Below the pieces are notes generated by a model. That model did not search any database and was not told the origin of the DNA. It saw nothing but the letters and a program-made list of their open reading frames with translations. A stretch of 35,261 nucleotides of DNA, from assembly GCA_022813965.1 (NCBI GenBank), contig JALDZS010000080.1, positions 62,001-97,261 of the forward strand, in the 5' to 3' direction. Within the stretch, counting starts at the first letter, position 1; each line of letters opens with the position of its first letter. This document shows positions 11,176 through 20,007 of the stretch, one piece after another. A program made the position numbers and the translations under genes. The DNA is from Toensbergia leucococca (taxonomy: Eukaryota).

Positions 11176-12261
11176 ATGTCTCAAAGTTCAAGTTCAGAGC
11201 GCTGGGTGTTATTGGACGGCCCTGTGTCGTCTGATTACGTTCCAAGTATTTTGGGGTGCGTCGTCGCCTATCCACGGCAGCCCACAAAGGCATTCTTCCC
11301 TAGTGACGACGCCCGAAATGACGGAAATAAGCCTGTTGTTACCACTGAAGTTGTCAAGGACCTCTACGACAGACCAATTTCCTTCACTGACCTCGAATCC
11401 ATCAAACAATGCGCCCAAGATGGTAAAGCCAGAGTAAAACTGACCTCTATCCTCGATGCCCATGCCTCCACCCAAACCAAGAACTTTGTCAAATATTCGG
11501 CCAATGAAGTTATGCGGTACGACATGCCGAATCCGAAGACTAAGATCCAGCGCCTTTGGGAAAATGCCGACTATCGCGAAGGTGTGACGCAGATGTGGAA
11601 AGAAAATGTCAAGAAATCTCCTCATGGTCTTCCTATGGTGACCGGGATCCTGGTCTGCAAAAAAATGAGTCTCGTGCGCACCAACGACAACACCTGGGGC
11701 GCATGGCTGAAGTCCAAGATTCCCGCGACCCAAATCCTTGGCGACTATTCCAGTCTATTTGCGAGTGAGAATCCCGAGATTTCGCTCGAAAGGAGCAAAA
11801 GTGCCGGAACGAATCTCAGCTATCACATCGACGAAGAAGTCATCTTCGCGCTAGCATACGACACCGTCTACCTTAAGCAGGAGATTGAGAAGCGCCACTT
11901 TCTTCCTCATCACCACCATTCAAAGGCCAAGAACAGCAGCGACGCGGCGAGCGGCAGCCCCGAGCCTCGCCTGAAAATCGTGCTCGGCGACCAGGTCCGC
12001 GGCGACGTGGGCTACTTCTCCGACGACAAGGAGAGAGGCGACAGCGAGGTGGAGGGGTCGGCAGGGGAGGAGGCGGAATATGACACCGAAGAAGAATCCG
12101 AGGCCACTGCCATGGAGCGTCGCAAGATGGCGTTTGTGGAGCAGAGGGCTGTCATCACGTGCGGGTTTGCCGATCGGCCTGACAACGTGCCGGACGTTGT
12201 GGACATTGCGGGCGAGGTGCCGGATGTGGAGCATGTGGGGAATGGGAGCGTGACGCATTGA
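11176..12261 (+). CDS. Probable fungal gasdermin-like pore-forming protein (HET-Q1/RCD-1 family), 361 aa, intronless
   Basis: Motif order matches my recollection of fungal gasdermins: SERWVLL...ILGCVVAYPRQP, a beta-hairpin region (ILDAHASTQTKNFVKYS), LPMVTGILVC, a second hairpin (PEISLERSKSAGTNLSY), EEVIFALAYDTV, then GDVGYF followed by an acidic tail. Adjacent to a protease gene. The second ATG (11176) is preferred over 11026. Confidence 0.72.
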   Translation: MSQSSSSERWVLLDGPVSSDYVPSILGCVVAYPRQPTKAFFPSDDARNDGNKPVVTTEVVKDLYDRPISFTDLESIKQCAQDGKARVKLTSILDAHASTQTKNFVKYSANEVMRYDMPNPKTKIQRLWENADYREGVTQMWKENVKKSPHGLPMVTGILVCKKMSLVRTNDNTWGAWLKSKIPATQILGDYSSLFASENPEISLERSKSAGTNLSYHIDEEVIFALAYDTVYLKQEIEKRHFLPHHHHSKAKNSSDAASGSPEPRLKIVLGDQVRGDVGYFSDDKERGDSEVEGSAGEEAEYDTEEESEATAMERRKMAFVEQRAVITCGFADRPDNVPDVVDIAGEVPDVEHVGNGSVTH

Positions 12262-12399
12262 TTGTTTTGGATAGGGAGAGTGTGAGAAGGGGCGACGGGG
12301 GTTGGACTTTTTCCAATATTGACTTTTTGACGTTTCTTTGCTATACTTGGTATACTTGAATGACTTTATCAGGGGGGATTGAAAGCACAGAAAAGGGGA

Positions 12400-13410
12400 C
12401 ACACAATCTCTCTCTCTATTCAGCTATATTCAGTTTGCGCGGCCCTGCCTACCTATTCAAAAACCAGACTTTTTTTTCTATTTGCGTTTTCCTTGAAAGA
12501 AAATTTCACGAAAAAGTCCGTCATTCTTTTTTTTTTTGAAACTCACAGTCATCATATGAGAACCTTGAGCACACGGTTTTTTGCTTTTTTCTTTGCTTTT
12601 GTCAAGATTGAAGATTTTTGTTTTTTTTTTTCATTTTTGTCCTGAGCCTGATTCTGAGCGGCGCGCGCAGAAGGAAAAGGGCAGCTGATGTTTTTTATTC
12701 TTCATCTTAGATGTGTGATGAGGTCTGTAAGATGTAGGGTGTGAGAAAAATATGAATACTTTATATTAATCTAACGCTTCAACAGCTCTTGAGTATTATT
12801 TTTCATTTCTCATTAATCTCTATTTTAGAAGAAACATGAGTACTTTCAAGTTTAAATAATCAATTACTCTATATATTTAACACATCTCAATACCCTTTTT
12901 TTTGAATTAAAACACTGCAGAGTAATAATCTCTCTTCTTACATAGTGTCAGTGTTTAAGCAGCACTGCAGCAGCTTACTCTCTGAAAAAAACAAAAGTGT
13001 TTTTTACTGTGACTTAAATCTATTAAAACTGTGTCTTTGCATGCTTTGTTTTAAGCTGCAAATATTCACAAGGTTGATTCTAGTTCATGAGTGTTAAACA
13101 GCAGGTAAGAAAGCTCATTACTGAGACATAAATTTAGCAACTCACCTTTCTTTCAATACATGAACACTCTCTGAAAAAAAAACACAATGCATTATGAAAA
13201 CAACAACACTATATTTTGCATATAATGCATCTTTAATCTCAAAAGAAAATCAAGTCTTTTTAACCTTTTTTTTAAAAAAAAATATGCTTAATATGTCAGA
13301 AGCTGAAGCTTGCCTGGTGCACAGTAAAGGGCTCTCAGAGAACACTGGTTGAGAGGCAATTTTGTATTTCAAAGTGTGAAAGTTGGGGGGAGGGGGGAGA
13401 TATGATGTTT
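12400..13410. mobile_element. AT-rich, CpG-depleted degenerate repeat or transposon relic (family not identifiable)
   Basis: Abrupt drop in GC, long A/T runs, very few CpG after about 12670, and stop-ridden frames like those inside the 2540-4048 element. Boundaries approximate. Confidence 0.5.
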
Positions 13411-13434
13411 TGATTTCTGCATGTAATGTGACGC

Positions 13435-15816
13435 TTAGGTCAGGTCAGCAACATTGGGGTATCGAAGATCTGCATTCTCCTCCAAGAAATCCATCCATTG
13501 CTTTAGGAATTTACTGCCACTGCTGACTCGTCAGCTTCTCTCTCCACCGTCTGATGCTCACGCTCTGAGCGAATTAAGAAGAACTTACCGGCCCACCGTC
13601 TCTGAATCTCCAATCACGCAAAGATGTCTTTTGGGTCGAGTCATGGCGACTGCATGTAATTAGCCCTATATTCTTGGTTTGGAAGCCTACCACAGGAAGC
13701 CGATTGAACTCCATCTTACCATTAAGTCTCCGCTTTTCATCAAGGAAGCCGACTTCGTGCTCAGGATTACTCCGCACGAGGCTCACGACAACAGCCTCCT
13801 TCTCACGGCCTTGAAAGCCATCGACACTGCCTAGCTCAATGCCTGGAAAGCTTTCCTTCATGTCATGCGATAAGAGTGCTAATTGTGCGTTGTACGGCGT
13901 AACCACCGCAATATCCTGTGCTAGCACGCCAGCGTGGACTAATTTCCGCACATGAAGCTTTACTAGTGCAGCCTCCATCTCATTACTCTTGCTGTCGCTC
14001 ATGATGGCTCCTCGGGTCGTCTTCTTGTCTGTGTCTTCGTCTTCGGTCTTTTCTGGGAAATCGCCGCCTTGAGTGTCCCAGAAGACTAGAGGCTCTTTCG
14101 TGTCTTCGGTTTCTAGGATATCAAATCGTAAGTCTACCAGTAGACGGGCTTTGACTGCATCTGCCGCTACTAATTTCGAGTCGTACATTTCATCGGAAGG
14201 GAATCTCATTATCTGTTCGTGCATTCGGTATTGGATCGTTAGCATTCGCTTGATTGAGGGCCCGTGCAGGGTAAGGAGGCGATCGAAGAGGGTTGTTTCT
14301 AGATTGATCCCCTTTTCCTTGTCTGGCTTGGCTTTTTCCGGCTTTGACTTGGAGTTGGTCGACTTGATGGTTGGCGGTAATTGCAGGTGATCGCCCGCCA
14401 GGACCACCTTCCTGGCTGCCAGAAGAGGTACCCAGCATTGTGCTTCGAGGGCCTGGCTTGCCTCGTCGATAATTACCACATCGAATTCTTCATGTCGAAG
14501 CTGGAATCCCCCGGCGCCGTGCAGAGTTGCAAGGACTACTTTGCTTCCTCCCACTAGATTATTTACACATTGCTTTTCTCGTTCTCGGTACTCTTTTCGA
14601 AGCTCTTTCATCTCACCATAGATGGTTTTACGCTCTCTTCCGTTTCGGGTTTTCTTGATACTCGCCTGTTTTTCATCCATTTCCTTGCGTACGTCTTTCA
14701 CGATCGCAGCTGCTTCCGACGTCTGTGTCAAGACATCGAGAGAATGGTTAAGCACACTTGGAAGAAGTCGTGCTGGGTGACCAAGACGTATTATTGGTAC
14801 TTTATGTGGAGCAAGTCGTTCAACAATATTATCCACTGATATATTAGAGGGGCCACAAACCAAAACTCGAAGCGTTCGCTGAAGCATCTGTAGAATGAGC
14901 TCGATAAGGGTATACGTCTTGCCTGTCTGCGACTCATTAGGTCTACGCTGATTCACTTAAGTTAAGATAACCTACCCCTGGCGGCCCGTGGATTAGGGCA
15001 ACTTCCCTTGATGCTAAAGCAAATCCAATAGCGTCTCTTTGCGAGTCATTTAATGTCTTATCAATAAATTCGAGATCACCGACTCCGCTTTCGGGATCCT
15101 GTAAATTTGTCGGGATAGGGGTAGGCGAGTCCAATCCAAAGAGCACTCGAATCAAGGTCGAATATTCTCTCTCTTCCATCCTTTGGAGTCGCTCCATAGT
15201 CTGGTTCATCCTAATACATCTCGTTGATATTCTGCGCTCATAATATGCTCCTCACTGGGAAAATACCTTTTGTAAGTAACGTCGTTGGCCAACTTTACCC
15301 TGTATAAGTCTCACCAGTCAGCTTTTCCCTCCATACGACAAAACAAAATCAGAAATGCAGCACCCACACATTTACTCACACCCACACCTTCCCCCCTAAG
15401 CCCTCAACCTCATCCTCCTCCTTCCCTAACGCAACCTGTACGCCTTTCTGCCCTACCCTAACGACCACGCCATCTACCCCTCTCGCCTCTAATCCGGCTT
15501 TTTCCCTCTTCCTGTCGCTTCCCTTGGGTTGCTCACCCACCCTTACAATATCACCAACCCGTATTCCATGATCCCCTATCTCTCCCGCATTTCCGATTGC
15601 GTGATCCTGTTCTAGCTCTAATACTGTCTTGCCACCAAGACCAGTGCGCTGAGAAGAGACTACGAGGTTGAGAATGGCAAGGCCGGCACGAGACAGCGAG
15701 GTAGGGGAGGTGGATGATAGGAGAGTGGTTGTGAAGGCTGTTTCGGCAGCGAGCTCGGCTGTGAGAAGGGAAAGCTGTGAGGTTGCGAAAGAGGGAATGT
15801 CGACTGAAGATACCAT
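13435..15816 (-). CDS. HCS1: Upf1-like SF1 helicase, Hcs1/IGHMBP2 (SMUBP-2) ortholog
   Basis: N-terminus MVSSVDIPSFATSQLSLL, SQRTGLGGKTVLEL, KLANDVTYKR, Walker A GPPG/TGKT split by an intron, IIDEASQ, LAGDHLQLPP, QYRMH, SVDGFQGREKE, VAMTR, C-terminus ADLRYP. Five GT-AG introns. Confidence 0.9.
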
Positions 15817-17095
15817 GTTTACCTTGAACCAAGGATTAGTGGATAGAATGTTCTGCATAGCAAGAACCCCGAACCCCAACATTATACCATTACGTAAGAT
15901 TGTCAGCCTTGTAATAAATTAGGGCAGAACCCTATGATACGTGTATCTTAAGGAAGTTACTCGGTACAGAATCGGTAGCAGGCTCAGATTTGAGAGTGAT
16001 TTTTTGTTATTTTCAGAGGTGTTCGTTCTATTTTTTACTACCCACAACGCAGTTGATGTGAAGAACCCAGCAAGAGCAACGTAAGTTCTGTTTAGTCAAT
16101 TACCCTCCCATTGTTATTCTGACTTGAGATGGAGACCGGACGGATAGCATACCGAATATCAAAGAGAGCAAAGACTGTGAATATGACGAATATCTCGGCG
16201 CTGATCCTAGCCTGAAGGCCGTCACACTGGCAAGCATTCGCTGGCGATAGCATTCTTGCATGTCTCTGCTGGATGGGGAAAAAATATAAACGTATGACCT
16301 AGCACTCATCAAGTAGTCGCTTTGAAATTCTCAAACATAGCTTTCAAGCCAACGTCTTAAAATTACGAGTATCTCAATGTCTAATTGGGCTTTTGCTTGG
16401 TATTTTTAAAGGATGAGATGTTGAAGATTGACCGTTGACTCTCCCGACCGCAACCCAGAGATTCTGAGTCACTCGGAAATGAATTTAATCCCATCGTGCG
16501 TGAAAAGACACGATGTCACTCTACTGCTGGAGCATTTGGATCGCCATCGCATCGGCTTGGATGGTAGAAGCGGAGTTTGTTTGATGTTTTCTCAATTGCA
16601 AGCTACTCAAAGTCAAGTACCTAGTCAAGGACGAGTTGGAGACCTCTTGTGTAATGATGGAGCTGCGGAGTCGTCGGTACCTTCTTACGGCAGTCAATAT
16701 TTTAATGTCCTACACACGCTCAGTGACTCACCCACATTTTGCAAAGAATGCATATGTATTAGCTTGCCATGTAGAGTTGATCAGAATTGCGAGCACACAT
16801 CCCATCCAGAATATCCCATGGCGTCGAAACAAAAAGCGAAGGTAATTTGAAAGAAAGAAAACTAGACATTTACAGCATCCCTCGATTGTACTAATCCGTA
16901 CTTAGCGATAGAATGGAATGTTTCGAATGCCTCGGCCGCTGGACTGGATGGCTTACCTAAGGTAACGCAACCCAAAAAAAGCATCAGCGCCATCCGTCAT
17001 CGGGGCTGACATTGAATCCGAGGAAAACCCTAGGGAAACCCCTCTAAAATGAAAACCATGACACCAATTCCATCATCCCAATCTCCAAATCCACA

Positions 17096-18224
17096 ATGCC
17101 CGAATTCAAAAAACTCCCATCCCACTCCTCCCCCATCTACGCCCCCGTTCCTCTCTCCTCCGCCCCACCACCCCCCTACTCCCTCAATAACCCCGCCTCT
17201 CCTCCTCCCTCCCTCATCAGCCCAGCCTTCACCCCTCCCTCAACCCCCGGAACAAGTACTCCTCATGAACCGCACTCTACGCCCGTAGATACAACCTTAC
17301 AGCATGCCCCCGCACTCCTCGAAATCCTCCCGGAAGTCAATTGCGTCGTCCGCGCGCGCATCCCTACCGTCACGGGCGCCGAAATGTTCCTGCACCTCTA
17401 TCAAAACAACGTCGACGACAAAGAACACCTCGCCATCGTATTCGGCCCACATATCCGTTCGCGATCACTCGATGCGCCCCGCCCCGGCGAGACCGAGCTG
17501 GACCGAATGATCCGAGGCGCATACACCGGACGATTACACCCCGGCCGGACTTCCAGCCGCCTAGATCCCCAACTCCCAGCAACATCAATGAAAGCCCCAA
17601 CATCTAACCCCGCCTCTCCACCACCACCACCAACGACAACTCCCCTCGTCCGCATCCACTCAGAGTGCTACACAGGCGAAACCGCCTGGTCCGCCCGCTG
17701 CGACTGTGGGGAGCAACTCGATGAAGCCGCCCGCCTCATGTCCCTGCCCACCTCCCCCGGCGGCGTAATAATTTACCTGCGCCAAGAAGGCCGCGGCATC
17801 GGGCTCGGCGAAAAACTCAAAGCGTACAACCTCCAGGATCTGGGGAACGATACAGTGGAGGCGAATTTGCTGCTGCGGCATCCGGCGGATGCGAGGAGTT
17901 ATGGCTTGGCGACGAGTATGTTGGTGGATTTGGGGTGTGGGGGCGAGACGGGTGTGAGGTTATTGACGAATAATCCGGAGAAGGTGAGGGCGGTTGAGGG
18001 GAGGGGGAGGGAGGTTGTTGTTAGAGAGAGGGTTGCTATGGTGCCGTTGGCTTGGAAGACGGGAGGAAGGGAAGGGGTGAGGGGGGTAGAGATTGAGGGG
18101 TATCTGAAAACAAAGGTCAGTTGTTCTTTCGTTTCTTTTCTTTTTTATTCGATTTCCTGTTAGGGGAAAAGGTGTGGGGACTGACGAGTTGCAGATTGGG
18201 AAAATGGGACATATGATGGAATGA
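17096..18224 (+). CDS. RIB1: GTP cyclohydrolase II (riboflavin biosynthesis)
   Basis: [65 protein letters not shown]. Intron 18116-18194, then IGKMGHMME*. Confidence 0.95.
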
Positions 18225-18299
18225 ATCTTATCATTTTTGCGTGTGTTGGGGGGTTTAGATATAGGATGGAGAATATAGGGTACAAACTGCATTAACAGC

Positions 18300-19810
18300 G
18301 TAGGAGTTTTTTTTTTCCTACAAGGGGCTAAATTCTATCGCTTTTTCGGGATACTTACAATTTATCCCCCCAATTTTTTTTCCCCCCAACAACCACCCCC
18401 AAACTTAGCAAAAGACTTTCACCTCTCTTCTTGGCTGCCATCACAACCCCACACGCCGCGAACTCAAGAAAAAACAGGGCACGGTCATGCGACATCAGAA
18501 GCATGAAAGCCATCACAGTATTTTCCTGTTTTTGTTTCTTTTTTCAAAAGGGCTTACGGTTCTTTTTTTTGTTTTATCTCGAGGGTTGCTGGAGTTGGAT
18601 GGGTGGTGAGTTGAGTGTTTGAGTGTGCTTGAGGGGGATTTACTGAAAGAGGGGGGTTTTTGGGGGGGGGAAGATGGGATTTGGGGCTTTTTGTAGGAGG
18701 TGGGGAGTTTCTTTTATTTGTTTGGTGGAGGAGTAGGACTAGGAGAGGGTGAAGGGGCCGGGGGTGTTTCTTTTTTCGGGGGAGGGTGGGGGGGTTTTTG
18801 CTTGGGTTCGTCATATCCCTCTTTCATCTTTGAACATTAGCCCCTCTTCTTTTGGTCGTTATCCGCCTTTTTCTGGGATCGAGGGGGGGGGGGGCAAGGG
18901 GGTGTGGAGAAAAAGCTGATAGCCCCCCTTCCCCACCCCCTCTGCCCCCCCCCAAAAAAGGGAGGGAGGAGGAAGGGTGTGATGGGGCTTTGCGAGCTTT
19001 GTATGTGCCCCTTTCATTACCTCGTGTAGCCTTTGTGTTGCATCCCATCCCTCCTCCCCTCCCTCACACAACCCACCAGCCCACCAAACCCACCTCCCTC
19101 TCACTCCAAAACCTCCCCCCTCGCAGCTCCGATGCCAGAACTACACCCCCCACCACCCTCTTCCTAGCAAACCCCGGCCCCATTTCTAGAGTGAAAAAAA
19201 GTGAGTTGATTTAGTGTCCTTTGGATATGGTGAAATTTCCTGTTTTTGGGTGGGGCCGGGGGGGGGAAAGTGATAGATGGCTGGGTACCTACCGCAATAG
19301 CCTCAACCCCCCCCCCTCTCCCCACTCCTTACCCCACTTCCGCCCAACCGCCCCTTCCAGTTCCGAAAAGTTGTTACCTTTTAGCCTCCTCTATGCCGAA
19401 CCAACCCCCCCTTTTCTCTTTTTTTTTTTTTTTTGGTGGGTTTGGTGGGAGGGATGGGTACACGCATTGAGAGGAAAGATTTCGAAAAAAAAAAAAGAAG
19501 AAGGAAAATTAGAAAGAAGAGGATCTGACGAAGATTAGAAGAAGAAAAAGGGGGGTATGTATGCGTGTATGGGCGAGGTTTTTAGCTGGTTTGGTGGGTT
19601 GGGGTGGTTAGAAGCAGGCACAGCTATACAAAGGCCTAAGGTAGGCACGGGATCTAGATAGTGCAGATAGTAAACGCGAGCCACAATCAGGGGGAGGGGC
19701 GTTGGGGAACGGAAGAAGGTGTTTGGAAAAAAGCAGTTGGATGAGATGCGAGTTGAGGGGCTCACTCAAGCTCAAGTTTACAAAAGTCCAAGCCCAAGCC
19801 CCCCCCAAAG
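18300..19810. repeat. Low-complexity intergenic region with long G, C, A and T homopolymer tracts
   Basis: Many runs of 8-15 identical bases between the convergent RIB1 and MCM2 3' ends. Confidence 0.7.
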
Positions 19811-20007
19811 AAAAAGTAATAGGATCATTTCTATCCTATACACCTTCCATCTCATTCCAGTCCTATCGAAAACAAGACGATTCGAAACCCAGACACCTAG
19901 CACAGTCGTCCGTAACCTGATCTCTAATCCACGCTCATTCGCAGCCCCCCCAAAAAACCAAAACACGAGCGTGGTTCAGCAAAAGCTCTACCATCAGCCT
20001 CGTGATT

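Noticed and set aside
15920..17000. ORFs 16100..16312, 16428..16850 and 16636..16845 in the HCS1-RIB1 divergent spacer; also ORFs at 30947-31271 and 34113-35085
   Set aside because: No motifs, mostly non-ATG starts and no supporting splice pattern; treated as intergenic.
18351..18360. ATACTTAC resembles the U1 snRNA 5' end
   Set aside because: It continues AA rather than CTG and no U1 stem-loops follow. It is simply the reverse complement of a GTAAGT donor-like motif.
19819..19834. ATAGGATCATTTCTAT resembles the U3 snoRNA box A, with a box B-like GAGCGTGG at ~19967
   Set aside because: No box A', C' or good C/D boxes at the expected positions. It lies antisense to the MCM2 3' UTR and is part of a local hairpin (ATAGGAT/ATCCTAT). 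Probably chance, though an Rfam scan would settle it.
18431..19966. Many short Pro/Gly/Phe-rich ORFs
   Set aside because: They are products of homopolymer tracts, with no recognisable domain and no coherent exon chain that I could build.
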